Origin: Candidatus Latescibacterota bacterium
GTDB lineage: Bacteria > Krumholzibacteriota > Krumholzibacteriia > WVZY01
Assembly: GCA_963791045.1 (NCBI GenBank)
Contig: CAWBQK010000009.1
Coordinates: 1-64,000, forward strand
Direction: 5' to 3'
DNA length: 64,000 nucleotides
Shown here: positions 11,687 to 22,013 of the stretch, one piece after another
Numbering within the stretch: position 1 is the stretch's first letter
Layout: every line of letters begins with the position of its first letter
Program-made: the position numbers and the translations under genes
The notes under the pieces: generated by a model
Databases searched by the model: none
Seen by the model: only the letters and a program-made list of their open reading frames with translations
Told to the model about the DNA's origin: nothing

Positions 11687-12390
11687 ATGGAAAAGAAAAC
11701 AACGGATGCGGTTGTCGTCACAAAAGGCGTGACCAAGGAATACTCGGAAAACGGGATTCCGGTTCTTGCCGTCCGCGGTATCGACCTCGAAATATCAAAG
11801 GGCGAATTTACCGCAATAGTCGGTCCATCCGGTTCGGGGAAAACGACATTCCTCAACCTCATATCGGGTCTCGACAAGGCAACCGAAGGCAAGATCTGGC
11901 TCAACGACAAGCTCCTCTCCGACATGAGCGGGCGCGAACTATCCGATTTTCGCCGAGATAACATCGGCTTTGTTTTTCAGGCGTACAACCTGATTCCCGT
12001 GTTGACGGTCACCGAAAATATCGAGTACATCATGCTCCTCCAGGGAAAACCGGAAGCCGAACGCAGGGAAAAGGTCGATAAGATTCTCGCCGAACTGGGG
12101 CTCGACGGTCTCGAGAAACGCTTCCCCCACAGCTTTCCGGGGGACAGCAACAGCGGGTGGCCGTCGCCCGTGCCATCGTCTCGGAACCGGCTCTGGTTCT
12201 CGCCGATGAACCGACGGCCAATCTTGATTCGGCGACTGCGATCGAACTGATCGAGAGGATGCGTGACTTGAACAAAAATCATGGCGCCACGTTCATTTTC
12301 TCGACGCACGACACGAAGATCATGGATCGGGCGAAACGTCTGATTGTACTGAAAGACGGTGCAATCGAAACGGATGAACAACGACAGTAA
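11687..12390 (+). CDS. ABC transporter ATP-binding protein, LolD-like (frameshift ~12130)
   Basis: Walker [19 protein letters not shown] and [10 protein letters not shown] in the shifted frame. Confidence 0.9.
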
Positions 12391-12410
12391 CAAAGTTAGC
12401 GCGGGTTGCC

Positions 12411-12518
12411 AGGCGCGGGTCCTGTCACCGATGGGGCCCCCGGCGAGCGAAGCGAAGTGCGGGTTATCATGCTCAGAGGCTTCAACAACCCAGAACGCGA
12501 GCCGCCACCCGCGCCGGG
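12411..12518. repeat. Dispersed palindromic (REP-like) element, copy 1
   Basis: GGCGCGGGT...ACCCGCGCC termini, GATGGGGCCCCC and GCGAAGCG core shared with 34333 and 60651. Confidence 0.7.
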
Positions 12519-12527
12519 CCAGCAAGC

Positions 12528-13829
12528 ATGGACAAGGACTCTTTTTTGACTCAATTTCGCGCACGGATAGCATCGATACTTCTCCTCGCCGTTGTGACGA
12601 TGGTTGTCGTGCGCCCCGTCTCCGCCCTCGAAATCTCCGGTTTCTACAAGAGCTTCTTTGTGGCGGACAAACTTCCCGAGGCCGTACACCAGCAGATGGG
12701 GATCGAAGAGCCGTGGGTCGGGGCGGTCAGCCAGCGATTGAGGTTGGACGGATATCATGGTTTCAACGATTGGCTGTCGCTGAGTCTTGCGTACAACCTC
12801 GTTGCCCGCGCTCAGGATCCCGTTTTGTTCACGACCTTGCCCGTTGCCGGTTATGTAAACGCGGCCGGATACCGGGTCGCCGACCTTGACCCGTTACTGT
12901 TTCCCCACTCGTGGGACGACGTGGGGAGCTTCGCCGTTTTCCAGAACCTCGACAGGCTCTTTTTCACTGCGGAGGCGCCCTGGTTCGATGTCTACGTGGG
13001 ACGGCAGGCGGTAGCGTGGGGTTCGGCACGTGCCGTCAACCCGACGGACGTCATCGCGCCGTTTCTCTATACGGATCTCGACACCGAGAATCGCATCGGT
13101 GTCGATGCCGCGCGGGTGCGGGCACCTCTCGGCGCGCTTGGAGAGGTCGATGCGGGGTATATCGCGGGCGAGGATTTCGAGTTCGACCAGAGCGCGTTTT
13201 TTCTCCGAGCCCGAACTTACGCGGCGAAGAGCGATCTCGCCGGTTTGGTCGTCGGCTTTCGCGAGCACCTGATGATCGGCGCCGATATTACACGCGCCAT
13301 CGGCGGAGCCGGATCATGGTTCGAGATCGCCTACGTTTTCGCCAACGCGCTTGGAAGCGACCGCGAGGGCGGCGACCTCGATTATCTCCGCTTGTCCACG
13401 GGCGCCGATTACAGTTTCGGCAGGCTCTACGGGTATCTTGAGTACCATTTCAACCAGGCGGGCGCTTCTAACGCGTCTTCGTACAACGACGTCCTATCCA
13501 CTCCCGCCTACACCGACGGCGCGGTTTATCTTTTCGGTCAGCACTACATAATGCCCGGAGCGTCCTTTCAGCTCACACCGCTCACCTCAATCCTGGGGAG
13601 CGCGCTGGTCAACATGAACGACCCATCTGTGCTCCTCGTGGCCGTCCTCGATTACAACTTCCGCGAAGACGTGTATCTCGAGTTTGGCGCCTATCTTGGT
13701 GTTGGAGACTCCCCCATCCTCACCAACGTCGGACCGACATCCATGGATTCGCAGGGCACCCTGGGATTCAATTCGGAGTTCGGCGCCTACCCCGACATGT
13801 ACTACACGTCATTCCGTATCTATTTTTAG
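12528..13829 (+). CDS. Putative outer-membrane beta-barrel protein associated with the LolA-like/ABC operon
   Basis: Signal peptide, LDRL...GRQAVAWG...NPTD motif, amphipathic strands, C-terminal Phe (RIYF). Confidence 0.7.
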   Translation: MDKDSFLTQFRARIASILLLAVVTMVVVRPVSALEISGFYKSFFVADKLPEAVHQQMGIEEPWVGAVSQRLRLDGYHGFNDWLSLSLAYNLVARAQDPVLFTTLPVAGYVNAAGYRVADLDPLLFPHSWDDVGSFAVFQNLDRLFFTAEAPWFDVYVGRQAVAWGSARAVNPTDVIAPFLYTDLDTENRIGVDAARVRAPLGALGEVDAGYIAGEDFEFDQSAFFLRARTYAAKSDLAGLVVGFREHLMIGADITRAIGGAGSWFEIAYVFANALGSDREGGDLDYLRLSTGADYSFGRLYGYLEYHFNQAGASNASSYNDVLSTPAYTDGAVYLFGQHYIMPGASFQLTPLTSILGSALVNMNDPSVLLVAVLDYNFREDVYLEFGAYLGVGDSPILTNVGPTSMDSQGTLGFNSEFGAYPDMYYTSFRIYF

Positions 13830-14166
13830 GATTCCCAACAAGCGATGGCACGCGGAAGCGGTTGGGCCAAAAACATGGACGCCGTTTTTGAAGCCGAATC
13901 GGGTATCCCGTCCCCCGGGAGAAGTCCCTTTGTCTTCGAAAACGGCGCCCAAGTCATCTGAGTGACCTGTGAGTCCGGAGAATCATGCCCCTCACTTACA
14001 GTTTAGCGCGGTTTTCAGAAATTTCACTGACCTGTGTCAATTTTTTTCAGAATATGCGCAAAAAAGGCAAACTTTCTTTGAAGAGCGCGGTATCACCCCG
14101 GATCGCGTCCGGACTGCCCGCCCAAGCACCCCCGAACACATCACTGTTCACCCAACGATGAACAAC

Positions 14167-14201
14167 AGAACACCCCGCGGCAATGAGCCGCGGGGCGTTC
14201 T
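14167..14201 (-). terminator. Intrinsic terminator
   Basis: AGAACACCCCGCGG-caatgag-CCGCGGGGCGTTCT hairpin after the PLP-enzyme stop. Confidence 0.65.
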
Positions 14202-14234
14202 CTTTCACAAACCAGCAACAGGCCCGAAAAACGC

Positions 14235-15512
14235 CTAAATTGCTTCGAGGGCCTGTTCTACATCAGCAATCAGATCCTCGTAATGCTCGACTCCCACCGA
14301 GAGGCGAACCATGCCTTCCCCAATTCCCTGGTGCGCTTTGTCTTCCGCGCTCACATCCGCATGCGTCATCGCTCCCGGGTGCTGGGCAAGCGATTCGGTG
14401 CCACCCAGACTCACGGCGATGTGGAAAAGCTTGAGCGAATCGAGGAATTTGAACGCCTCTTTTTCGCCGCCGCAAACGTCGAATGAAATAACACCGCCAT
14501 TGCCGAGACACTGTTTTTTGTAGATGTCGTACTGCGGGTGATCCTCGGTAATGTGTCCCAGGTAATGGACTTTCTCGACCTTCGGATGCCCTTTGAGATA
14601 ATCAGCAACGTATTTTGCGTTCTTGTTAATCGCCGTCATTCGTAGCTTGAGTGTTTCGAGGCTCCTGAGGAGCAACCAGCACGTAAACGGCGAGCATGTT
14701 GTGCCCAGGAAACTACGGAGCGACCGGACGCCATTGACAAGCTCCTCGCTCCCGAGACACACCCCGGCGATAACGTCGCTGTGACCGCCGATGAACTTGG
14801 TCGCAGAATAAATAACCATATCGGCGCCGAGATCCAGCGGTTTCTGAAAGAGCGGCCCAAGAAAAGTGTTGTCAACCACGACGGGCGGTTTCCAGTCGTC
14901 TCTCGAATACTTCTTGGCGATGTCGACACACTCTTCGATATCCACGAGAGCGTTCGTCGGGTTGGCAGGCGTTTCGATAAAAACCATTTTCAATTTGTCG
15001 GCATGTCCCGATTTCTCGATGATCTCTTCGATCTCTTCACGACTACAACCGGCGCAAAAACCAACCGGATGGATGCCAAACTTCGGCAGAACGTGACGGA
15101 TGAAATGGTCCGTACCGCCATAGACAGGCTCACTGAAGAGAAGCATGTCTCCAGGGCCAACAAATTGAAGAATAGTGGTGGAAATTGCCGACATCCCACT
15201 CGAAAAAACCGCACATTTCTCCGCATCGTCCCATAACGTCAACCTGTCCTCGAGAATTTCCAGGTTTGGGTTGTTGATTCGGCTGTAAATCAACCCGCGT
15301 GACTCGGTTGGGCCCGGTTCTCTTTCGCCCAGCGCAAACTGGAAAAACGATTTGCCGTCTTCCGATTTCTCAAAAGCAAATGTCGACGTCTGAAAGATCG
15401 GCACCTTTATCGAGCCCTCGGACAAATCGGGTTTGTACCCGTAACTCATCATCAGACTTTCCGGGCGAATCCGTCTTCCACCGATTTTGACTTCCTTATC
15501 CTTCTTGTCCAC
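14235..15512 (-). CDS. Cystathionine gamma-synthase/methionine gamma-lyase family PLP enzyme
   Basis: YSRINNP, ETPANP, DNTF, SATKFIGGHSD (PLP Lys), AVSLGGTESL, RLSVGVE; GTG start after GGAGG. Confidence 0.92.
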   Translation of the reverse strand: MDKKDKEVKIGGRRIRPESLMMSYGYKPDLSEGSIKVPIFQTSTFAFEKSEDGKSFFQFALGEREPGPTESRGLIYSRINNPNLEILEDRLTLWDDAEKCAVFSSGMSAISTTILQFVGPGDMLLFSEPVYGGTDHFIRHVLPKFGIHPVGFCAGCSREEIEEIIEKSGHADKLKMVFIETPANPTNALVDIEECVDIAKKYSRDDWKPPVVVDNTFLGPLFQKPLDLGADMVIYSATKFIGGHSDVIAGVCLGSEELVNGVRSLRSFLGTTCSPFTCWLLLRSLETLKLRMTAINKNAKYVADYLKGHPKVEKVHYLGHITEDHPQYDIYKKQCLGNGGVISFDVCGGEKEAFKFLDSLKLFHIAVSLGGTESLAQHPGAMTHADVSAEDKAHQGIGEGMVRLSVGVEHYEDLIADVEQALEAI

Positions 15513-15677
15513 GAGCAACCTCCTCCATCTTGTAAACCAAAGCGGACAACGGTTTCGAGGATGATATCCCCGTTATTGCCGCACAAAAACCAGTCGTGAG
15601 GAATAGGACGCGATTGGCTCCACCCACACAACACTTCCCCATTCCAAGATCATTTGGGATGTAAAGAGTGCCGGATG

Positions 15678-15706
15678 ATTGTACGCCTCCCCCCACGTAT
15701 CGTCAA
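15678..15706 (-). promoter_or_regulatory. Sigma70-like promoter for the PLP-enzyme gene
   Basis: Minus strand TTGACG-17-TACAAT. Confidence 0.6.
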
Positions 15707-15728
15707 ACAGGATCGAGTGCCTCCCACG

Positions 15729-15917
15729 CGTGAGTCTGGTGCGGTCTTTCTCTGACCCTCGCTCCGCTTCGCTCGCCAGGCGGGATCACGATTATTCCGC
15801 CTGATTCCCGTTGGTCACTAACCGCCGGCTACGCCGACGGTGGTTCCGGATGCGCCGGACCTTCGGTCTCGCTGCGGTCCCGCGAAAGGGCCCTTCGAAA
15901 GACCGCACCAGACCACG
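15729..15917. repeat. Structured element bounded by a perfect 17-bp inverted repeat (MITE/REP-like or ncRNA)
   Basis: GTCTGGTGCGGTCTTTC (15734-15750) / GAAAGACCGCACCAGAC (15897-15913) with several internal hairpins. Confidence 0.6.
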
Positions 15918-16120
15918 AATACAGATCGCATACAAATTTTCATGCGCCGGGCGGCGGGAGGTGTTAACATATAGAAGGGGTAGCGTTTCATTCTTCCGCA
16001 TCACGTGCCCTATCGCGCCGCCTCGACGTTGTTCATTATTTCGGCGCGTCCTGCCAACACCGCCCATCTCTCTCGCGCGCCGGAGAACCGGATTCATTTG
16101 CAGCCAAGGGGAGGTTTCGG

Positions 16121-16534
16121 ATGGACGCGAAAGTACGGATAGTCGAATATTTCTACACGATGGTCAACGACCGGCCTGGCGAAGCCTGCAGGATTCTCTC
16201 GCAACTGGCTAGCGAGGAGGTCAATCTCCTGGCCTTCAGCGCGGTCCCTATCGGACACGACCACACTCAACTCGTTATATATCCAGAACATGTGGACAGG
16301 CTTGCCCGGGCGGCCGAAAAGGCCGGTTTTACACTCACTGGGCCTCAGCGCGCAATCCTCATCCAGGGTGACGATCGACTCGGCGCCCTTGTCGGTTACC
16401 TTCAGAAGCTCTACGACGCAAAAATCAACTTGTCATCGTCGACGGGTGTAACTGACAGCCGCGGCGGATACGGGTATGTGATCCATCTCAGAGCGGAGGA
16501 TATCGACCGTGCCGCCCAGGCCATGGGAATCTGA
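16121..16534 (+). CDS. Tandem ACT-domain protein
   Basis: NDRPGEACRILSQLASEEVNL and DDRLGALVGYLQKLYDAKINL, two ACT-like units. Confidence 0.75.
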   Translation: MDAKVRIVEYFYTMVNDRPGEACRILSQLASEEVNLLAFSAVPIGHDHTQLVIYPEHVDRLARAAEKAGFTLTGPQRAILIQGDDRLGALVGYLQKLYDAKINLSSSTGVTDSRGGYGYVIHLRAEDIDRAAQAMGI

Positions 16535-16747
16535 CGATCCGGACAGCGGTTGTCTTTTGCTCGAAACGACAGGGTTCTTACGTCGGGCGAATCGAGCGTG
16601 AGGGCACGTAAACACGTTCCACCCGAATTTTTTCGTGATCGCGGCTCCGAGCGCTTTGCCTGCTGGAATCGCCATAACTTGTTGTTATTACACAGGATAA
16701 AATGCATGCCTATAATAGATGACATGCGAAAAGATTTCCCTAGTAAT

Positions 16748-16800
16748 TTGTTATTTTTTTCACAAAGATACTTGAAATCGGTTTTTGAATATGGTATAAC
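16748..16800 (+). promoter_or_regulatory. Hydrogenase operon promoter with Rex-like site
   Basis: TTGTTATTTTTTTCACAA (16748-16765; 12/14) then TTGAAA-17-TATAAC with extended -10 TG. Confidence 0.55.
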
Positions 16801-16897
16801 TAACATCAACTGGAAGATATAAGTCTCCGGACCGCGATGCGGACCGCGTAACAAGCGTGGAAGGTGTTGTTTTTTTTTGGGATAAGCCAGGAGCGGC

Positions 16898-18076
16898 GTG
16901 AATGATATGGAAGTCTTTGAACTGACATCGTTGGATATCCTTTTCGAACTCCTTAAAAAGAAAGGGTATACAGTTGTCGGCCCAACCGTCCAGGACGAGA
17001 CAATTGTCTACGACGAGTTGGAATCGACGAACGACTTACCCATCGGATGGGGAGACGAGCAGGATAACGGGAAATATCGGCTAAAAAAGAGAAAAGATGG
17101 GGCCTATTTTGGGTTTACAGTCGGCCCACACACGTGGAAGAAGTTCCTTTTCCCTCCGCAGGATCGTATTTGGAGCGCCAATTACAGTGCTCACGGGTTC
17201 GAAGTCAAACAAGAGCCGATGGACCTGCCAAAGTACGCACTCTTCGGAGTCCGCCCGTGCGATCTCCACGCGATCGAAATCCAGGACAAGGTCTTCACCG
17301 GTGGCCCCTACGTGGCCCCCCGGTATAAACTCAGGCGCAAAGAATCGTTTACGGTGGTTGTAAACTGCTCACAGGCCTCCGGAACGTGTTTTTGTGTGTC
17401 GATGAACACCGGTCCGAAGGCGGACAAGGGGTTCGATCTCGCTCTGACCGAGATCATCGGTCAAAACCATCACTATTTCACGGTGGAAGCGGGTTCCGAT
17501 CTGGGCGAAGAAGTGATGGAGGAGATTCCCCACAAAGCGGCGACCAAGACCGAAGAAACCGCAGCCGAGAAGGCGGTCGCGCACGCGGCGTCCAAAATGG
17601 GGCGCAAACTGGACACGACAAACATCAAGGAGCTGTTTTACGATAGTTTCCGTGATTCCCGATGGAAAGAGATGGAAAAAAGGTGCCTGGCGTGCGCTAA
17701 CTGCACAATGGTCTGTCCAACGTGCTTCTGCACGAGTATGGAGGACAGGACCGATCTGACGGGGAAACATACGGAGAGATGGCGGATGTGGGATTCGTGT
17801 TTTGACAGGGATTTTTCATTCATCGTTGGTGGAAGCATCCGACAGTCTACCAGAGCACGGTACCGCCAATGGATCACACACAAACTCGCGTACTGGGTGG
17901 ACCAGTTCGGTACGTTGGGATGCGTGGGATGCGGGCGTTGTATCACCTGGTGTCCGGTCGGTATCGACATCACCGAAGAAGCGAGGGCGGTTCGTGAGGG
18001 AGCTGCTGCCGGTGTTGCCGCTGGTGGTAAAACGTTAACCCAACCGAAAAAAGAGGAGCAACATGGGGACGCTTGA
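16898..18076 (+). CDS. hydB: Group 3b sulfhydrogenase beta subunit (4Fe-4S)
   Basis: GVRPCD, CFC, CLACANCTMVCPTCFC, WDSCF, CVGCGRCITWCP. Confidence 0.9.
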   Translation: MNDMEVFELTSLDILFELLKKKGYTVVGPTVQDETIVYDELESTNDLPIGWGDEQDNGKYRLKKRKDGAYFGFTVGPHTWKKFLFPPQDRIWSANYSAHGFEVKQEPMDLPKYALFGVRPCDLHAIEIQDKVFTGGPYVAPRYKLRRKESFTVVVNCSQASGTCFCVSMNTGPKADKGFDLALTEIIGQNHHYFTVEAGSDLGEEVMEEIPHKAATKTEETAAEKAVAHAASKMGRKLDTTNIKELFYDSFRDSRWKEMEKRCLACANCTMVCPTCFCTSMEDRTDLTGKHTERWRMWDSCFDRDFSFIVGGSIRQSTRARYRQWITHKLAYWVDQFGTLGCVGCGRCITWCPVGIDITEEARAVREGAAAGVAAGGKTLTQPKKEEQHGDA

Positions 18077-18530
18077 AGCTATTTTGGCGGAACATCCATT
18101 CCTCAAAGGTTTGGATCCGGCTTATATCGAGTTGATCGCGGGGTGCGCGTCGAACGTGCGCTTCAACAAAGGCGACTTCATTTTTCGTGAAGAAGACGAG
18201 GCGGACCGGTTCTATCTGATCCGGCACGGACTCGTCGCTCTCGATGTTTTTGTGCCGCAGCGTGGACCCGTTACCATCGACACTATACAAGAGGGCGAAG
18301 TTGTAGGGTGGTCCTGGCTTTTCCCACCATACAGGTGGCACTTTGACGCCAGGGCTCTCCAACTGACCCGTGCTGTGGCGTTCGATGGCAAATGTCTTCG
18401 CGAAAAATGTGACAAGGACCAGCAACTTGGTTACTCACTCGTAACCCGGTTCGCTCAGGTGATTATGCAACGTCTGCAGTCTTCCAGACTTCAACTTTTG
18501 GATCTTTATGGCGATATCACAAGAAAATAG
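18063..18530 (+). CDS. Cyclic-nucleotide-binding domain protein (no HTH)
   Basis: IFREEDEADRFYLIRHGLV...GEVVGWSWL; 155 aa. Confidence 0.85.
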   Translation: MGTLEAILAEHPFLKGLDPAYIELIAGCASNVRFNKGDFIFREEDEADRFYLIRHGLVALDVFVPQRGPVTIDTIQEGEVVGWSWLFPPYRWHFDARALQLTRAVAFDGKCLREKCDKDQQLGYSLVTRFAQVIMQRLQSSRLQLLDLYGDITRK

Positions 18531-19374
18531 GGCGGTCATTGCGACCAAAACAGATCCGATGGTTCCCCGTCCACACCGCATCAAGCGGATCAAACGGGAA
18601 ACCCACGATACGTTCACACTCGACCTGGTACCCGCCGATCGCGGTCCTCTGGTCAACTTCCTTCCCGGCCAATTCAACATGATATATGTGGCCGGGGTTG
18701 GCGAAGTGCCCATCTCGATCAGCGGAGATCCACTCGAGTCAAACGCAACTGTACACACCGTGCGCGCGGTGGGAACGGTTACAAACGCGCTTTGCAAGTT
18801 AAAAGCGGGAGCGGTGGTCGGCCTGAGGGGGCCTTTTGGCACTCACTGGCCTGTCCGTGAGTCGGCGGGAAGCGACATCCTGGTCATCGCTGGCGGCATC
18901 GGCCTCGCGCCTATACGGCCCGCGATTTACCAGCTCCTGGGATACCGCGACAATTACGGCAAGCTGGCATTTCTCTACGGCGCCAGATCCCCAAAAGAAA
19001 TTCTGTACCGCAAACAGCTGGAAAAATGGCGCGGCCGGTTTGACGTTGATGTCGAAATCACCGTCGACCACCCCGGCGAGGATTGGTACGGCCGTGTTGG
19101 CGTGGTCACCTTGTTGATCCTGCGGGCCAACTTCGACCCGATGGACACCTCGGTGTTTATATGCGGTCCGGAGGTTATGATCCGGTACACCGTGATGGAA
19201 CTCAGGGAACTCGGCGTCGAGACCGACAACATTCATGTGTCGCTCGAGCGAAACATGAAATGTGGGATCGGCATTTGCGGGCACTGCCAGTGCGGTCCCG
19301 AGTTTATCTGCAAAGACGGCCCCGTATTCCCGTTCAATCGCGTGGAATCAATTATGAAAGTAAGGGAACTCTGA
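18508..19374 (+). CDS. hydG: Group 3b sulfhydrogenase gamma subunit (FAD/NAD(P), 2Fe-2S)
   Basis: [36 protein letters not shown]...CKDGP. Confidence 0.9.
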   Translation: MAISQENRAVIATKTDPMVPRPHRIKRIKRETHDTFTLDLVPADRGPLVNFLPGQFNMIYVAGVGEVPISISGDPLESNATVHTVRAVGTVTNALCKLKAGAVVGLRGPFGTHWPVRESAGSDILVIAGGIGLAPIRPAIYQLLGYRDNYGKLAFLYGARSPKEILYRKQLEKWRGRFDVDVEITVDHPGEDWYGRVGVVTLLILRANFDPMDTSVFICGPEVMIRYTVMELRELGVETDNIHVSLERNMKCGIGICGHCQCGPEFICKDGPVFPFNRVESIMKVREL

Positions 19375-20156
19375 TGGCCAACGCAAAAAAACCAAAAGTC
19401 GCCGTCTGGAAATTCGCATCGTGTGACGGTTGTCAGCTGGCCCTTCTAAACTGCGAAGACGAACTGCTCAGCGTTGTCGGTCAGGTCGAGATTGCTTATT
19501 TTCTCGAAGCCTCGCGTGCGACCGTCGCGGGCCCTTATGACATTTCGCTGGTGGAGGGATCGATAACAACATCGGAAGATATCGAGAGAATTCAGAAGAT
19601 CAGGGAGGACTCCCGTTTTCTGATTTCGATCGGCGCCTGCGCGACCGGTGGCGGCATCCAGGCGCTACGAAATTTCAAGAGCGTCGATGAGTTTATTTCG
19701 ATCGTGTACGCCCAGCCGCAGTACATTGAAACGCTGGAAACCTCGACTCCGATCGATTATCACGTGTACGTGGACTTCGAACTTCGAGGTTGTCCGATCA
19801 ACAAGTACCAGCTCCTCGAAGTCATAAACGCTCTCCTCAACGGCCGGAAACCAAACATCCCAAGACACAGCATGTGCGTCGAGTGCAAACGCAGGGGAAC
19901 CCCGTGCATTATGGTCTCGAAGGGAATTCCCTGCATGGGACCGGTCACGCAGGTCGGTTGCGGCGCTATTTGCCCGTCGTTCAACCGTGGATGTTATTCG
20001 TGTTTCGGACCGATGGAGTCGCCAAACACGTCGGCCCTCGCGGACTGGATGAATGGAAAACTCGACGTGGACAAGGACGATCTCGTCCGAATGTTCCGCG
20101 GATTCAACGCGTATTCAGAAGCGTTCCGTACGGAGAGTGAGATACATGACCGCTAA
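19374..20156 (+). CDS. hydD: Group 3b [NiFe]-hydrogenase small (delta) subunit
   Basis: [22 protein letters not shown]...CGAICP...CYSCFG. Confidence 0.92.
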   Translation: MANAKKPKVAVWKFASCDGCQLALLNCEDELLSVVGQVEIAYFLEASRATVAGPYDISLVEGSITTSEDIERIQKIREDSRFLISIGACATGGGIQALRNFKSVDEFISIVYAQPQYIETLETSTPIDYHVYVDFELRGCPINKYQLLEVINALLNGRKPNIPRHSMCVECKRRGTPCIMVSKGIPCMGPVTQVGCGAICPSFNRGCYSCFGPMESPNTSALADWMNGKLDVDKDDLVRMFRGFNAYSEAFRTESEIHDR

Positions 20157-21474
20157 GAAAACAAGCACCAAAGCGAAAACCAAGACTCGCAAGATCAAAG
20201 TCGACGCGCTGGCACGCGTGGAGGGCGAGGGCGCCCTTTACGTAAAGATCCAGGGGGACAAGGTCGAAGACGTCAAACTGAGAATCTACGAACCGCCGCG
20301 TTTTTTTGAAGCGTTTCTCCGTGGCCGCCGTTTTACCGAAGCGCCCGATATCACTGCAAGAATCTGCGGGATTTGTCCGATCGCATACCAGATGAGCGCC
20401 TGTCACGCGATGGAGATGGCCTGCGGCGTAAAGGTCGGAGGACAGCTTCGCGAACTCCGTCGGCTCATCTACTGCGGTGAATGGATCGAGAGCCACGTTC
20501 TCCATGTGTTCATGCTCCATCTCCCCGACTTTCTCGGGTACGAGAGTTCGATCCACATGGCGCCGGATTTCCCCGACGAAGTCAATATGGCTTTGCGGAT
20601 GAAGAAGCTGGGAAATGACATCCTCGACGTCGTTGTCGGCCGCGCAACGCACCCGATCAACGTGCGTGTCGGCGGATTCTACCGTTTGCCGACGAAGAAG
20701 GATCTCGAACCACTCCGCAAACGACTCAAGGCGGGACTCGAGGACTGCGAGACGATGATACGGCTCATGGGCACTCTCGAATTCCCCGATCTCGAAGTCG
20801 ACTACGAATCGGTTTCGGTGTGCCACGACAAGGAGTACCCGTTCAACGAGGGCCGGATCAAATCGAACAAGGGTTTCGACATCGACGTTTCCGAGTTTCT
20901 CGATCATATTGTGGAAGAACATGTCCCGCACTCGACATCGCTCCACTCGCACATCGAAGGCGAGCGGCCGTATCTCGTGGGCCCGAATGCCCGTTACAAT
21001 CTCAATTACAAACTCCTGACCCCTCGGTGCAAAAAACTGGCAAAGGAAGTCGGGCTGGGTCCGGTGTGCAACAACCAGTTCAAGAGCATCATCGTCCGCT
21101 CGATCGAAACACTTTATGCGTACGAAGAGGCAATCCGGATCATCGACAACTACGAGATGCCGGATAAGCCGTACGTCAAAGTGGATCCGAGCAAAGGGCC
21201 GGGCATCGGACACGGTTGTACGGAGGCTCCGCGCGGCGGTCTGTACCACCGTTACGAAATCGACAGGGACGGGGTAATAGTGGATGCCCACATCTGCCCG
21301 CCGACGGCGCAGAACCAGCCAATAATCGAAGCCGATCTGCTGCAATACGTGGACAAGTTCAAGGCGCAGCCCGACGACAAGCTCCAGTGGCAGTGCGAAC
21401 AGCTGATCCGGAACTACGATCCGTGCATCTCCTGTTCGTGCCACTTCCTGAAGCTCAATGTAGATCGTTCGTGA
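20146..21474 (+). CDS. hydA: Group 3b [NiFe]-hydrogenase large (alpha) subunit
   Basis: ARVEGEG, L1 RICGICP, EAPRG, L2 DPCISCSCH with short C-terminal extension. Confidence 0.95.
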   Translation: MTAKKTSTKAKTKTRKIKVDALARVEGEGALYVKIQGDKVEDVKLRIYEPPRFFEAFLRGRRFTEAPDITARICGICPIAYQMSACHAMEMACGVKVGGQLRELRRLIYCGEWIESHVLHVFMLHLPDFLGYESSIHMAPDFPDEVNMALRMKKLGNDILDVVVGRATHPINVRVGGFYRLPTKKDLEPLRKRLKAGLEDCETMIRLMGTLEFPDLEVDYESVSVCHDKEYPFNEGRIKSNKGFDIDVSEFLDHIVEEHVPHSTSLHSHIEGERPYLVGPNARYNLNYKLLTPRCKKLAKEVGLGPVCNNQFKSIIVRSIETLYAYEEAIRIIDNYEMPDKPYVKVDPSKGPGIGHGCTEAPRGGLYHRYEIDRDGVIVDAHICPPTAQNQPIIEADLLQYVDKFKAQPDDKLQWQCEQLIRNYDPCISCSCHFLKLNVDRS

Positions 21475-21480
21475 GGTCTA

Positions 21481-21975
21481 ATGGCAACCGGAGATTCCAA
21501 TGAACGGCCCACGAAAGTGGGCCGTTCGGTTATAATAGGGGTTGGGAATCCCCACCGCGGAGATGACTCGGTGGGTCTCGTTGTATCGAGAACCCTCATG
21601 CGTCGCACGCCCGCGGCCGTGGAGGTCGTGGAATGCGACGGCGAGGCGACGAAACTGATTGATGCGTGGGCCGGCGCAGGCGCCGTGGTTCTTGTGGATG
21701 CCGTGTCATCCGGAGCACCGGCGGGGACCATCCATAAAATCGACGCTCGGGAAAACCCTGTAACTCCTGATCTGTTCTCGTGTTCGACGCATTCTTTTGG
21801 GGTCGCCGAAGCCATCGAGCTCTCGCGGGCATTAGGAACGCTTCCGGCGGTTTTTATTATTTACGGGGTGGAAGGGGCCGCTTTTGATACGGGCACGGAA
21901 TTGTCCCCGGAAGCGGAGGCCGCGGTCGAAGAAACCGTTTCACGCGTGCTTGCCACGATAACCCAACTCGGTTGA
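21481..21975 (+). CDS. Hydrogenase maturation protease
   Basis: GVGNPHRGDDSVG, VDA, STH motifs. Confidence 0.9.
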   Translation: MATGDSNERPTKVGRSVIIGVGNPHRGDDSVGLVVSRTLMRRTPAAVEVVECDGEATKLIDAWAGAGAVVLVDAVSSGAPAGTIHKIDARENPVTPDLFSCSTHSFGVAEAIELSRALGTLPAVFIIYGVEGAAFDTGTELSPEAEAAVEETVSRVLATITQLG

Positions 21976-22013
21976 AAGCAGCCGGTACGCCGGCAAGAAG
22001 ATCCAACATAAAA

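Noticed and set aside
9215-12390. Pseudogenisation of the ABC transporter
   Set aside because: Isolated single-base indels with otherwise intact motifs match the window-wide error pattern; needs read check
15520-15680. SAM riboswitch upstream of the Met/Cys PLP enzyme
   Set aside because: No SAM-I core (ATCnAGAG...GCAACC...GTGC) or SAM-II pattern was found in the leader
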